From contig JBMNTR010000014.1 in assembly GCA_050945835.1 (NCBI GenBank), positions 6,080 through 70,079 of the forward strand: a stretch of DNA of 64,000 bases, given 5' to 3'. The notes beneath the pieces were generated by a model. It was given only the letters and a program-made list of their open reading frames with translations, was not told the origin of the DNA and ran no database searches. The position numbers and the translations under genes are program-made. This DNA is from Christensenellales bacterium (lineage in GTDB: Bacteria; Bacillota; Clostridia; Christensenellales; JBMNTQ01). Numbering within the stretch: the first letter of the stretch is position 1; each line of letters starts with the position of its first letter. Shown piece after piece: positions 29,978 to 40,640 of this stretch.

Positions 29978-30536
29978 AGAGTTTCTTATATTGCGCATAG
30001 GCATTGTTAACCTTTGTAATGTAGTTTCTCGTTTCTTTGAAAGGGATTTCGTCCAGATGTACGCCGTCTTGGCTGTATTGCGGGTTCTTCTGCCATTCCC
30101 GTACACGCCCTTCGCCCGCGTTGTACGCCGCCAGCGACAACGCAATATCGCCGTCGTAGCGTTTCAGGTGGTAATCGAGCACCCAGCAGCCGTAGCGGAT
30201 ATTGACCTCGGGCTTGAGCAGGTCGTCTGTTGTAAACGCATCGTCGCCCAGCTTGTCGCTGGCGATCCATTCCCCCACCGTAGGCATGATCTGCATCAGC
30301 CCCATCGCCCCCGCGGAGGAGACCGCTTCCGGCCTGAACCGGCTTTCCGTGTGTATCACGGCTGCCACCAAGTTCGGATCTAGGTCATATTCAGCCGCAT
30401 AGCGCAGTATCAGCTCCTCATAGTCGAGCATATAGATGGTGCGCTGGACATACTCATAGCCCACAAAAGCCAGCGCCGCCAGCAACAGCAGCAACAGAAC
30501 CCCCACGATGATCCGTTTGGTCTTACTCTTTTTCAT
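29961..30536 (-). CDS. membrane-anchored lytic transglycosylase (SLT domain)
   Basis: N-terminal TM helix. Catalytic motif AVIHTESRFRPEAVSSAGAMGLMQIMP and AYNAG. Confidence 0.88.
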   Translation of the reverse strand: MKKSKTKRIIVGVLLLLLLAALAFVGYEYVQRTIYMLDYEELILRYAAEYDLDPNLVAAVIHTESRFRPEAVSSAGAMGLMQIMPTVGEWIASDKLGDDAFTTDDLLKPEVNIRYGCWVLDYHLKRYDGDIALSLAAYNAGEGRVREWQKNPQYSQDGVHLDEIPFKETRNYITKVNNAYAQYKKLYDLHI

Positions 30537-30666
30537 TCAATCCCTCTTTAAAAATCCAGCTTTGAAGGTCAAGCAGCTCTCCAAAAGACCCTTGTTCTGG
30601 TAACAGCTTCGATGATTCTCTTCATCCTTTGGACATAAATATATCCCATTCGCCGCAGCACCCTTT

Positions 30667-31257
30667 TCATTCACACGACAGCCGTTTGAGCACCTGCGCT
30701 TTCAGATGCTCCAAGTCTTGCGTATTGTCGATGATCACGTCCGCCTGCGCAAGCCGTTCTTCGTCTTTCATCTGGGCATTGATGCGCGCGCGCGCCTCTT
30801 CTTCGCTCAACCCGTCCCGCCGCATCACGCGGCACAGCCGGATATCTTTTGGCGTATGCACCACCCACACCTCATCCACGTCCTGTGCGATACCGCTTTC
30901 AATGAGCAGCGCCGCGTCGATGACCACAAAAGGCGGTAAAGACTCGCCGCTTTTGATGCTGCACACTTCTTTTCGGATGGCTTCGCGTATGATGGGATGC
31001 AGGGTTCGGTTTAGTTTTTTCAATTGTATGGCGTCGTTAAAAACAAGTGCGGCCAGCTTTTTGCGATCCAGTTCCCCGTTTGTAAAATATGCGCCGCCAA
31101 ACGCCTCGCACACAGCCCGTGCGCCCGCTTCATTCGGCCGCACCACCGCCCGCGAGACGCAATCCGCGTCGATGATCACGCCGCCAAGAGCGCGCAAAAT
31201 CTCGGATACGGCGGACTTGCCCGAAGCAATGCCGCCCGTTAAGCCTATGACACGCAT
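30667..31257 (-). CDS. coaE: dephospho-CoA kinase
   Basis: MRVIGLTGGIASGKS P-loop and IDADCV motif. ATG 31257 lies immediately after the polA TGA. Confidence 0.92.
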   Translation of the reverse strand: MRVIGLTGGIASGKSAVSEILRALGGVIIDADCVSRAVVRPNEAGARAVCEAFGGAYFTNGELDRKKLAALVFNDAIQLKKLNRTLHPIIREAIRKEVCSIKSGESLPPFVVIDAALLIESGIAQDVDEVWVVHTPKDIRLCRVMRRDGLSEEEARARINAQMKDEERLAQADVIIDNTQDLEHLKAQVLKRLSCE

Positions 31258-31258
31258 A

Positions 31259-33823
31259 TCACTTCGCCTCATACCAGTTCACACCGCTGTGCACCTCGGC
31301 CACCAGCGGCACGCTTAAATCCACCACCTGCTGCATACAATCCCCCAGCAGAGCGCAGACCTCCTCCCGCTCCTCCCGGGGCGCCTGCAGCAGCAGCTCG
31401 TCGTGCACCTGCAAAATCAGCCGCGCCTTCAGCTTGCGCTTGTTCAATTCTTCATGCACACGGATCATGGCGATCTTGATGATGTCCGCCGCCGTCCCCT
31501 GTATGGGCATGTTCAGCGCCACCCGCTCGCCAAACTGGCGCGTGTTGTAATTTTTGGAATATAATTCCGGCAGCTCCCGCCGCCTGTTGAACATGGTGGA
31601 CACATACCCCTGCTTTTTCGCCTGCTCCACAATCCGGTGCATATACTCCCGCACGCCCGTATAGCGCTCCATATACCGCCTGATGTATTCGGAAGCGTCC
31701 TTGCGCGAAATGCGCAGATTGCGCGCCAGGCCAAAATCGCTGATGCCGTAGACGATGCCAAAATTAACCGCCTTGGCAGCGGAGCGCATCTGAAGGCTGA
31801 CCAGATCCAGCGGCACACCGAACACCTCCGCCGCGGTGCGCGTGTGTATGTCCTCGCCATCGCGAAAGGCGCGTATGAGTATGGGATCATCCGCAATATG
31901 CGCCAGCAGCCGAAGCTCGATCTGGGAGTAGTCCGCGTCTATGATGAGGCTCCCTTCGGGCGCGTGAAAAAGCTTTCGAAGCTCGCGCCCCTCTTCGGTG
32001 CGCACGGGTATGTTCTGCAAATTCGGCTCCGTGCTGCTGATGCGGCCTGTAGCCGTGACGGCCTGCTGAAAGGTGGTGTGTATGCGCCCGTCCGGCCCCA
32101 CCAGCTGCGAAAGGCCGTCCATATATGTGCTCTTGAGCTTCGCCGTCTGGCGGTATTCGATGATGAGCGGCACCACAGGATGGCTGTCGTAAAGCTTTTC
32201 CAACACTTCGATGTCCGTCGAATAGCCGGTCTTCGTCTTCTTGTGGCTGGGCAGCGACAGCTCCTCAAACAACACCTCTCCCAGCTGTTTCGGGGAAAGT
32301 ATGTTGAATTCTCTGCCGCACAACGCATAGATGCGCTGTGCTGTTTCCGCAAGCCGAATCGCATATTGCTGCGACAATTCACGCAGCGTCTGCGCGTCTA
32401 CCAAGAAGCCTGTCTGTTCCATATCGTAGAGCACACGCACCAGCGGCATCTCCATCGACGCAAACAACGCCTGCTGCTCCTGCTCCTCGAGCTTTTCCAG
32501 CAAGCGTTCCTTCAATGGAAACAGCGCCGCCGCCTTGGACTCCGCTACATCATACTGCGCACACAGCTTTTGGAGCGGCTTGGCTGTCCCGCCGTGCGCC
32601 AGATAAGAAGCGATGAGCACATCACAGCCGATATCTTCTATCGCTATGCCGAAGCCTGCCATAAAATGCAGCAGCTTTTTCGCGTCGTATGCGATCACAC
32701 TGCGCCGGCTGAGCGCAGGAGCGATGGCCTGCACCGCCTGCGGCAGCTCCCATGCATGCTCGTCCAGCAGCGATGTCATCACACCCAGCACGTATTCCAC
32801 ATCGCCGTCAAACGCGAAGACCACACCGTCCTCATCGGCGCACACGGCGATATCCCCTGTGTTTTCGCGCAGCACATCGGCCACTTCTTCTGAGGATTTA
32901 AGCTTTATCCGCTCGGTTTCTCGCGGTATGGATTTTTGTTCATGCCCTCTTAGGGCGCCCAAATCCGTGCCTGTAAATTTGCGGTAGAGGGATTTCAGCT
33001 GGAGCTTTTCAAAAATCGGGCGGATCGTTTCCGCGTCCGGCGCAAAGGTGCGCGCGTGCTCAAGCTCGATTTGTATGGGGACTTTCGTGTCGATGGTGGC
33101 AAGCTGCTTGCTCAACTGCGCAATCTCTGCATGCGCCCTGATCCTTTCGCCCAACTTGCCCTTGATCTCTGTGGCATGCTCCAGCACCGCCTCCAGCGTG
33201 CCGTATTCATAGAGCAGTTTGAGCGCCGTCTTCTCCCCGACGCCGGGTATGCCGGGTATGCCGTCGGAAGCGTCCCCCATGAGCCCTTTTAAGTCTATGA
33301 TCTGTGCAGGCGTTAGATTGTAAGTTTCTTTAATCCAGTTTTCATCGCATTCTATGCTCTCTGAAATACCTTTTTTGGTCATGAGCACATGCGTGTGTTC
33401 ACTCACCAGCTGCAGCGCGTCCCGGTCGCCTGTGACCAGCAGCACATCATGCCCCTGCTCTTCGCCCAATACGGCAAAGGTCCCCAGTATATCGTCCGCT
33501 TCGTATCCTTCACATTCATAGGAAGGAATTCCCATAGCGCTGAGCAGCTCCTTAAGCAGCCCAAACTGCACCTCCAGCTCTTGGGGCGTCTCTTTTCTTC
33601 CCGCCTTGTATGCATCAAAATCGAGATGTCTGAAGGTGGGCCCTTTTTGATCAAACGCCACCGCCAGATATTCGGATTCATATTCATTCTGCAGCCTGTT
33701 GAGCATGCTCAAAAAGCCGTAGATCGCGTTGGTGGGCATGCCGTCGGGCGCGTTCATGGGGGGCAGCGCATAGAACGCGCGAAACATCAGGCTGTGTCCG
33801 TCTATGATGGTGATACGGGGCAT
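31259..33823 (-). CDS. polA: DNA polymerase I
   Basis: 5'-nuclease domain (IIDGHSLMFRAFYAL), 3'-5' exo-like region and Pol A motifs (DYSQIELR, RSAAKAVNFGIVYG, QVHDEL). ATG 33823 follows AAGGAGG. Confidence 0.96.
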   Translation of the reverse strand: MPRITIIDGHSLMFRAFYALPPMNAPDGMPTNAIYGFLSMLNRLQNEYESEYLAVAFDQKGPTFRHLDFDAYKAGRKETPQELEVQFGLLKELLSAMGIPSYECEGYEADDILGTFAVLGEEQGHDVLLVTGDRDALQLVSEHTHVLMTKKGISESIECDENWIKETYNLTPAQIIDLKGLMGDASDGIPGIPGVGEKTALKLLYEYGTLEAVLEHATEIKGKLGERIRAHAEIAQLSKQLATIDTKVPIQIELEHARTFAPDAETIRPIFEKLQLKSLYRKFTGTDLGALRGHEQKSIPRETERIKLKSSEEVADVLRENTGDIAVCADEDGVVFAFDGDVEYVLGVMTSLLDEHAWELPQAVQAIAPALSRRSVIAYDAKKLLHFMAGFGIAIEDIGCDVLIASYLAHGGTAKPLQKLCAQYDVAESKAAALFPLKERLLEKLEEQEQQALFASMEMPLVRVLYDMEQTGFLVDAQTLRELSQQYAIRLAETAQRIYALCGREFNILSPKQLGEVLFEELSLPSHKKTKTGYSTDIEVLEKLYDSHPVVPLIIEYRQTAKLKSTYMDGLSQLVGPDGRIHTTFQQAVTATGRISSTEPNLQNIPVRTEEGRELRKLFHAPEGSLIIDADYSQIELRLLAHIADDPILIRAFRDGEDIHTRTAAEVFGVPLDLVSLQMRSAAKAVNFGIVYGISDFGLARNLRISRKDASEYIRRYMERYTGVREYMHRIVEQAKKQGYVSTMFNRRRELPELYSKNYNTRQFGERVALNMPIQGTAADIIKIAMIRVHEELNKRKLKARLILQVHDELLLQAPREEREEVCALLGDCMQQVVDLSVPLVAEVHSGVNWYEAK

Positions 33824-33942
33824 AAGTCCTCCTTGACGCGAATTCGGATGAAAACGCCGTTTATCATCCTTTTCCAGCGTATCCAAACTTTACCATAAGA
33901 AACATCAAAAATCAAATCCCGCACCGGCAGGTGTTGAGCCGT

Positions 33943-35565
33943 TTAATCCGGAAGCATCTGCAAATAATCGAGCAGCCGTTCGTCTGCCGCGATGTAGGGC
34001 GAATGCGTGGATACGATCACCTTTTTGATGCCTGTGCGCTCCAGCACATCTATCAGCAAACGTTCCTGCCACACGATGGATAAAGATAGTTCCGGCTCGT
34101 CCACCATCAGCGTAAGCTCCTCGAAAAAGATGGACAAAGCGAGCAGCATCAGCATCTTCTTTTCGCCGTAGGAAAGCGTATCCAGGGCGGTCTCCTGCTC
34201 GTAGTAGCCGTTTTCAATGATCCTTTGTTCAGACAAATCCATCGCCGAAAGTATCAGCCCCGCCGGCGTTACACGCACGCGTTTGTTGGTGATATACTCC
34301 CCCGCAAGACGCTCTAAGAGCATAGCCTTGCCGCTGCGCATCTTCATGATGATATCCAGCTTCGCGCTGCAAAATTCGTAAAAAGCCAGATGGATTTGGT
34401 TGAACTGTTTTTTATGCATCAGTTCGCCTATATCCAGATCAAACAGGCTGTCCTTCAGAAGAGCGGGCTTTATATACAGCCTTATCTTTTCAAGCAGCGC
34501 CATATCTCCGAAAAACGCCGCAAGAAGATCGTTTTCTTCTCGTGTGCAGGGCGTGATGGGCTGCCCGATTAATGCATGGTAATAGCCTATGGCCGCTTGA
34601 TTGATTTCGTCAATTTGCTCCGGCGTATAGTAAAAGGCGTGTATCAGCCGATTGATTTCAACCCCTTGTCTCTCCTTTAAATCCGCTAAAAAAGCTTCCT
34701 TCATGTGCGCCCGCTCCACGATGGGCAGTATATGGGGCGCGTTGTATTCCTTTTTTAATATCCGCGCCACATCCTCCTCTAATGGCGCAGGCACAGCGGG
34801 CATCCCCGCCCTCTTGGGCTCAGGCTCCCCTTGCGCTGAGGGGGATTGATACGCCGCAACCCAGGACAAAACGGGCGACATAGCGCAGGATGTGTCCAAC
34901 AGCTCGGGGGATATTTCATAATGCTCCCCCATATCCAAAAAACAGGCCGGCCGAAGGTTTAGCTCATGTACGGCGTCATATAAATCCTGCCGCAGCCGCC
35001 GCAAATGGCTTCCTTCTACATCCTCCAGCACAGCCGAGCCGATGAAAATCCTCGCGTTGGCATTTTGCCGCCTCTTTTGCGCCATATGCGTCAACGCCTC
35101 CTTCACACGCTCCCGAAGCACATACAGCTCGTTGGAGGTGGCGTGCAGCCCGCGCAAGATTTCGCGTTTCAGTGTCCTGTCGAAGTAAAAGGCGTATAAG
35201 CAGCACCGGTATACATACCCATCCTCAGAAAGCCTGTCCAGCAGCTCCATCGTTTCCTCGGCGCTGATATCCTGTATGTCGCCTTTCACCGCGTCCAGCA
35301 TCCGTATGACACCTTTAACCGCTTCACAGGAAGGAAACAGATCTTTATAGAGCAGCGTCACCGTACGGCCATCTGCCTTTATGACAATGCTCCGGAAATA
35401 GGACCTCGCGAGCTCCACAAAATCCAATTGCGCCAGGCAATTCAGTATATTCACGATGGTGGATTTTCCAATACCGTTTTCGCCGGTGAATATGATACAG
35501 CGCTGGCTTAAATCCACTTGCGTAGTGTAAGCGTCCAGCAAACCGTTTATCTGAATGCCTTCCAT
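33943..35565 (-). CDS. stand-alone ABC/SMC-like AAA ATPase with about 400-aa insert between Walker A and signature motif
   Basis: Walker A GENGIGKST (res 28-36), signature-like LSYGEKK, Walker B LMVDEPELSL and H-loop STHSP at the C-terminus. No nuclease or other partner ORF adjacent. Confidence 0.7.
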   Translation of the reverse strand: MEGIQINGLLDAYTTQVDLSQRCIIFTGENGIGKSTIVNILNCLAQLDFVELARSYFRSIVIKADGRTVTLLYKDLFPSCEAVKGVIRMLDAVKGDIQDISAEETMELLDRLSEDGYVYRCCLYAFYFDRTLKREILRGLHATSNELYVLRERVKEALTHMAQKRRQNANARIFIGSAVLEDVEGSHLRRLRQDLYDAVHELNLRPACFLDMGEHYEISPELLDTSCAMSPVLSWVAAYQSPSAQGEPEPKRAGMPAVPAPLEEDVARILKKEYNAPHILPIVERAHMKEAFLADLKERQGVEINRLIHAFYYTPEQIDEINQAAIGYYHALIGQPITPCTREENDLLAAFFGDMALLEKIRLYIKPALLKDSLFDLDIGELMHKKQFNQIHLAFYEFCSAKLDIIMKMRSGKAMLLERLAGEYITNKRVRVTPAGLILSAMDLSEQRIIENGYYEQETALDTLSYGEKKMLMLLALSIFFEELTLMVDEPELSLSIVWQERLLIDVLERTGIKKVIVSTHSPYIAADERLLDYLQMLPD

Positions 35566-35777
35566 GATGCATCACCGCCTTTTTCTTATAGTTTAATATA
35601 TACGTCCGCCGATAATCTATACTTTTGGCCATATTTTAGTGATATTCCAAAAAATTAGGCCGCGTGTTCGACTTTTATGAAAATCAGCGCAGCAAAATAG
35701 ATCCGGATGAAGCTTTTACACGCAGCCGGATCTATGCCGTTTCGAACTCATATCATTATAAATGCGCACTGCGTTTG

Positions 35778-37451
35778 CTATTTGAGCACAGCGCCCCTGT
35801 TTGCGGAGGTGACCATGCGCGCATACCTGCCCAGCCAGCCTGTCGCTTGGGTGTGCACAGGCACATGCGTCTGTCTGCGCCTTTCAAGCTCGCTTTCAGA
35901 TACCAAAAGCTCCAAGCGCCCTTTGGGTATGTCGATGCAGATGGCATCACCTTCCCGCACCAGCCCGATCTCGCCGCCCGCCGCCGCCTCCGGGGACACA
36001 TGTCCGATGCTTGCCCCGCGGGACGCACCGGAAAACCGGCCGTCCGTGATCAGCGCCACCTGTTTGTCCAGCCCCATACCGGCCAAAGCCGAAGTCGGAT
36101 TGAGCATTTCCCGCATGCCCGGCCCGCCTTTCGGCCCCTCGTAGCGGATCACCACCACATCGCCAGGCTTAATGCCGCCTTCATAGATGGCTTCGATCGC
36201 CTGCTCCTCGGAGTCAAACACCCGCGCGGGCCCTGTGTGCACGAGCATCTCTTGCGCCACGGCGGAACGTTTGACCACCGCGCCGTCGCGGGCGATGTTG
36301 CCCCACAATACGGCGATGCCGCCTTCGGTGCTGTAGGGGGCTTCGTGTGTGCGTATGATCTGCCCGTCGGCACCCTTCGATCCGCCGCCTAGCCTTTCTT
36401 TCAGCGGCCCGAAAACCGTGCGCACGCCGCCCTCTATGCAGCCCGCCTTATCCAACTCCGCCAGCACAGCCGTCACACCGCCCACGCCGTCCAGCTCCTC
36501 TATGTAATGATGCCCGGCAGGCGCTAACTTGCAGAGGTTGGGTGTGCGCGCACTGACGCGCTGTATGGTATCCAGGTCAAGCGCAACGCCCGCTTCATGC
36601 GCGATGGCCAGCAGATGCAGCACGCTGTTGGTGGAGCAGCCCAGCGCCATGTCCACGGCGAGCGCGTTTTCAAAGGCGCGCGGGGTCAATATGTGCGCAG
36701 GCGTGATGCCTTCCTTTAAAAGCTCCATCACGCGCATGCCCGCCTGTTTTGCCAGATGCGTGCGCCGCGCGCTCACCGCGGGTATGGTGCCGTTGCCGGG
36801 CAGCGCCATGCCGATGGCCTCGCTCAAGCAGTTCATGCTGTTGGCCGTATACATCCCCGCGCAGGAGCCGCAGCCCGGGCAGGCGCTCTGCTCGAGCGAT
36901 TGCAGGCTCTCTTCGCTGATCAGGCCGGATTTATACGCGCCCACCGCCTCAAACAGGCTGGACAGGCTGATGTTTTCCCCGCCTTCGCCGCGCCCGGCCA
37001 GCATAGGCCCGCCGCTGATGACGATGGCCGGTATGTTCAGCCGCGCAGCCGCCATCAGCATGCCGGGCACCACCTTATCGCAGTTGGGCACCAGCACCAG
37101 CGCGTCGAAGCAGTGCGCCATGGCCATCGTCTCCACACTATCCGCGATCAACTCACGGCTGGGCAGGCTGTAGCGCATGCCCTCGTGCCCCATGGCGATG
37201 CCGTCGCACACGCCGATGGAGGGGACCAGCACGGGCGTACCGCCCTGCATGCGCACGCCGGCGCACACGGCGTCGGCCAGCTTATCCAGATGGATATGCC
37301 CCGGCACCGCTTCGCTGTATGCGCTGACCACGCCCACGAGCGGCTGGTTCACCTCCTCTGGCGTGTAGCCGCAGGCATAGAGCAGTCCGCGGTTGGGCGC
37401 GCGTTCCGTGCCTGCGGTGGCTGCGCTGCTTCTGTGTTTTGGATTCATCAC
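35778..37451 (-). CDS. ilvD: dihydroxy-acid dehydratase
   Basis: ILVD_EDD signatures ([30 protein letters not shown]). Confidence 0.96.
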   Translation of the reverse strand: MMNPKHRSSAATAGTERAPNRGLLYACGYTPEEVNQPLVGVVSAYSEAVPGHIHLDKLADAVCAGVRMQGGTPVLVPSIGVCDGIAMGHEGMRYSLPSRELIADSVETMAMAHCFDALVLVPNCDKVVPGMLMAAARLNIPAIVISGGPMLAGRGEGGENISLSSLFEAVGAYKSGLISEESLQSLEQSACPGCGSCAGMYTANSMNCLSEAIGMALPGNGTIPAVSARRTHLAKQAGMRVMELLKEGITPAHILTPRAFENALAVDMALGCSTNSVLHLLAIAHEAGVALDLDTIQRVSARTPNLCKLAPAGHHYIEELDGVGGVTAVLAELDKAGCIEGGVRTVFGPLKERLGGGSKGADGQIIRTHEAPYSTEGGIAVLWGNIARDGAVVKRSAVAQEMLVHTGPARVFDSEEQAIEAIYEGGIKPGDVVVIRYEGPKGGPGMREMLNPTSALAGMGLDKQVALITDGRFSGASRGASIGHVSPEAAAGGEIGLVREGDAICIDIPKGRLELLVSESELERRRQTHVPVHTQATGWLGRYARMVTSANRGAVLK

Positions 37452-37463
37452 GTGCTCATCCTC

Positions 37464-38459
37464 CTATTTTTTCAGCCAGCTCATCATCCCTCTTAAGCGC
37501 GCCCCCACCTTCTCCAGCGGGTGCTCCGCTTCCATGCGGCGGCTGGCCAGGAAATGCGCGCGGCCGCCCGCCTTATTCTCGCTGATCCACTCGGACGCGA
37601 ATTTGCCGTTTTGCACTTCCAGCAGCACTTTTTTCATCTCGTCGCGCGTTTGCTGCGTGATCATGCGCCTGCCCGTGCGGTAGTCGCCGTATTCCGCCGT
37701 ATCGCTGACGGAATAGCGCATCATGGCGAAGCCGCCCGAGTTGATCAGGTCGATGATGAGCTTCATCTCATGCACGCATTCAAAATACGCCATCTCGGGC
37801 GCATAGCCCGCTTCCACCAGCGTATCGAAGCCCGCCTTCATCAATTCCGTCACCCCGCCGCACAATACCGCCTGCTCGCCGAATAAATCCGTCTCCGTCT
37901 CTTCTTTGAATGTCGTTTCGAATATGCCGGCCCGTCCTGCGCCTATGGCGCACGCATACGCCAGCGCCAGCTCCTTCGCCCGGCCCGAATAGTCCTGATG
38001 CAGTGCGATCAGGGAGGGCACACCCTTACCTTCCTCATACTGGCTGCGCACCGTATGCCCCGGCCCCTTGGGTGCGATCATGGCCGCATCGCAAAACTGC
38101 GGCGGCGTGATCTGCCCGTAGTGTATGTTGAACCCGTGGGCAAACAACAGCATGTCGTTTTCACGCAGGCCTTCTTTCACGGATTGCTCATACACATCCG
38201 CCGCCTGTTCGTCGGGCACGAGCATCATCACCATATCCGCCCAAGCGGCCGCCTGCGCCACCTCCATCACGCGCAGCCCCTGGCTTTCGGCCTTTTCCCA
38301 GCTGGCGGAATCTTTGCGCAGGCCCACCGTTACATCCATGCCGCTGTCGTGAAGGTTGAGCGCGTGTGCGTGCCCCTGGCTTCCATAGCCGATCACGGCG
38401 ATCTTCTTCGTTTTGAGCAATTCCGGGTTGCAATCCTTTTCGTAATACATGTTTACCAT
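37464..38459 (-). CDS. ilvC: ketol-acid reductoisomerase
   Basis: [13 protein letters not shown] Rossmann motif and conserved C-terminal knotted domain. Confidence 0.96.
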   Translation of the reverse strand: MVNMYYEKDCNPELLKTKKIAVIGYGSQGHAHALNLHDSGMDVTVGLRKDSASWEKAESQGLRVMEVAQAAAWADMVMMLVPDEQAADVYEQSVKEGLRENDMLLFAHGFNIHYGQITPPQFCDAAMIAPKGPGHTVRSQYEEGKGVPSLIALHQDYSGRAKELALAYACAIGAGRAGIFETTFKEETETDLFGEQAVLCGGVTELMKAGFDTLVEAGYAPEMAYFECVHEMKLIIDLINSGGFAMMRYSVSDTAEYGDYRTGRRMITQQTRDEMKKVLLEVQNGKFASEWISENKAGGRAHFLASRRMEAEHPLEKVGARLRGMMSWLKK

Positions 38460-38480
38460 TTTTATATACCTCCAAATTTT

Positions 38481-38939
38481 TTATGATGGATCCAAACACA
38501 GTGCAGTGCTGCCCGACCGGCTCAGGCTGAGTATGGTTTCTTGGGGCAGGCGCGCCATCAGCGCATCGATGCCCTCGGGCGCGCCCATCGCCTCGATCAG
38601 ATAGGTCCCGTCCTGCAGCGTGTGATGGTTGACATACAGCACATCAGGCACTTTTGGCAGTTCTGTCAGATGCAGCAGCGCGATCTCGCACTCAAAGCAA
38701 TCCTTTCCCACCCGCTTCACTTCCTTGACATCCTCCAGCTTTAAAAGCTGTTTTTGGATCTGCGTGATCTTGTCCTCGTCGTCGTAGAGCACGATGGTGA
38801 TGCGGGAACGCTTGTCGTCGTGCGTGGGGCATACCGTCAGCGAATGGATGTTACACCCGCGCCGCGAGAACATGGTGGTCACCTTTACCAAAACGCCGAA
38901 CCGGTTGGATACGGTTAAAGACAGCGTGCATTTCTTCAT
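38481..38939 (-). CDS. ilvN: acetolactate synthase small (regulatory) subunit
   Basis: ACT domain LSLTVSNRFGVLVKVTTMFSRRGCNI. ATG 38939 follows GAGGAGGA. Confidence 0.9.
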   Translation of the reverse strand: MKKCTLSLTVSNRFGVLVKVTTMFSRRGCNIHSLTVCPTHDDKRSRITIVLYDDEDKITQIQKQLLKLEDVKEVKRVGKDCFECEIALLHLTELPKVPDVLYVNHHTLQDGTYLIEAMGAPEGIDALMARLPQETILSLSRSGSTALCLDPS

Positions 38940-38952
38940 GTTTTCTTCCTCC

Positions 38953-40626
38953 TCACTCCTCATGATAGATCATATCCTTCATGCCGGCGCCCGGCGGTAC
39001 GATGGGGAAAACCCTCTCCTGCGGGCTGATCATGCAATCGATCACACAGGGGGACTCGCATTTCAGCGCCTGTTCAAGCACCGGCCGGATATCCGCGCTT
39101 TTTTCGATCCGATAGCCTTCTGCGCCAAAGGCCTGCGCCAACTTTACGTAATCGGTCCTTCTGTTGATCTCGGTGTTGGAATAGCGCCCGCCGTAGAAGA
39201 GCTTCTGCCACTGATGCACCATGCCCAGCACCCCGTTGTTCATCACGAGGATCACGATGGGCAGATCGTTTGAAACGGCGACGGCCAGCTCCGCCATGTT
39301 CATGTGGAAGCTGCCGTCCCCCGTGATCAGCACCACGCGTTTGCCCGGGTTGCCCACGGATGCGCCCACCGCCGCACCCATGCCGTAACCCATGGTACCG
39401 AAGCCGCAGGAGCTCAACAGCGAACGCGGCCGGAGGAAGGGATAATACTGCGCCACCAGCATCTGATGCTGACCTACGTCGGTGGCGATGATGGCATCCT
39501 CGCCCGCCATTTCGCCCAGCGTGCGAATCACATGACGGGGGTTGACGGCATCGCCCTCATTCTCCGCCACCGGCAGTGCGTTAAGCGCTTTGTGCCGCAA
39601 TATTTCATGCAGCCACATGTCATGATCCATGCCGTCTGTCAAATCCAGCAGCTGTTGCAGGCAATCCTGCGCCGAGCCCTGCAGCGCGATGTCGACCTTG
39701 ATGTTCTTATCGAACTCGGCCGCGTCGATGTCGATCTGTATGGTGGTGGCCTCCTGCGCAAACGCCTGCCGGTTGCCCGCCACCCGGTCTGAAAAACGCG
39801 CGCCTATGGCGAGCAGCAGATCACACTTGCACATCACCATGTTCGCAGTGGCCGTACCGTGCATGCCCACCAGCCCCAGATTCAGCGGATCGTTGCACGC
39901 CATGGAGGAAAGCCCTGTCATGCTGGTGCACACGGGTATCTGCGCCTTTTTCGCGTATTCCCTTAAAAGCCGGGCGCTGTCTGAGAAAGTCACGCCCCCG
40001 CCCGCGAATATCGCAGGCCGCTTGCTTTTCAGTATGGCCTCATGCACCGCCTGCAACTGCACATCCGGCGGGCTGGGCGCTTTTCTGGGCGCAAAACGCG
40101 GTTTGGGCTCATATTCCACCTGCTGTATGGTCACATCCTTGGGGATATCGATGAGCACCGGCCCTTTCCTGCCGGAATTGGCGATTTCAAATGCCTGCGC
40201 GACGATGTCGGGCAGGTCTTTCGCATCCTGTACCAGATAGTTGTGCTTCACCACCGGATTGGTCACCGACACGATGTCCACCTCCTGGAAGCTGTCCCGT
40301 CCGATCAGGTCGCGCGTTACATTGCCTGTGATGGCCACCAGCGGCACGGAATCGAGATACGCCGTGGCGATGCCTGTCACCAGATTGGTGGCGCCCGGCC
40401 CCGAGGTGGCGATGACCACGCCCGTCTTGCCGGTGCTGCGTGCGTATCCGTCCGCCGCGTGGGCGGCGCCCTGTTCGTGCGAGGCCAGTATGTGCCGGAT
40501 CTCTTTCTGCTTTTCATAGAGCGCGTCGTAGATGTTTAAAACAGCCCCGCCCGGATAGCCGAATACGGTATCCACACCCTGGCTGATGAGTGATTCAATG
40601 AGTATCTGTGCGCCTGTCTGTTTCAT
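38953..40626 (-). CDS. ilvB: acetolactate synthase large subunit
   Basis: TPP enzyme motifs (GYPGGAVL, GPGATN, GDGSFHMN). ATG 40626 follows AGGGAGGAG. Confidence 0.95.
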   Translation of the reverse strand: MKQTGAQILIESLISQGVDTVFGYPGGAVLNIYDALYEKQKEIRHILASHEQGAAHAADGYARSTGKTGVVIATSGPGATNLVTGIATAYLDSVPLVAITGNVTRDLIGRDSFQEVDIVSVTNPVVKHNYLVQDAKDLPDIVAQAFEIANSGRKGPVLIDIPKDVTIQQVEYEPKPRFAPRKAPSPPDVQLQAVHEAILKSKRPAIFAGGGVTFSDSARLLREYAKKAQIPVCTSMTGLSSMACNDPLNLGLVGMHGTATANMVMCKCDLLLAIGARFSDRVAGNRQAFAQEATTIQIDIDAAEFDKNIKVDIALQGSAQDCLQQLLDLTDGMDHDMWLHEILRHKALNALPVAENEGDAVNPRHVIRTLGEMAGEDAIIATDVGQHQMLVAQYYPFLRPRSLLSSCGFGTMGYGMGAAVGASVGNPGKRVVLITGDGSFHMNMAELAVAVSNDLPIVILVMNNGVLGMVHQWQKLFYGGRYSNTEINRRTDYVKLAQAFGAEGYRIEKSADIRPVLEQALKCESPCVIDCMISPQERVFPIVPPGAGMKDMIYHEE

Positions 40627-40640
40627 ATGATCTCCTCCCT

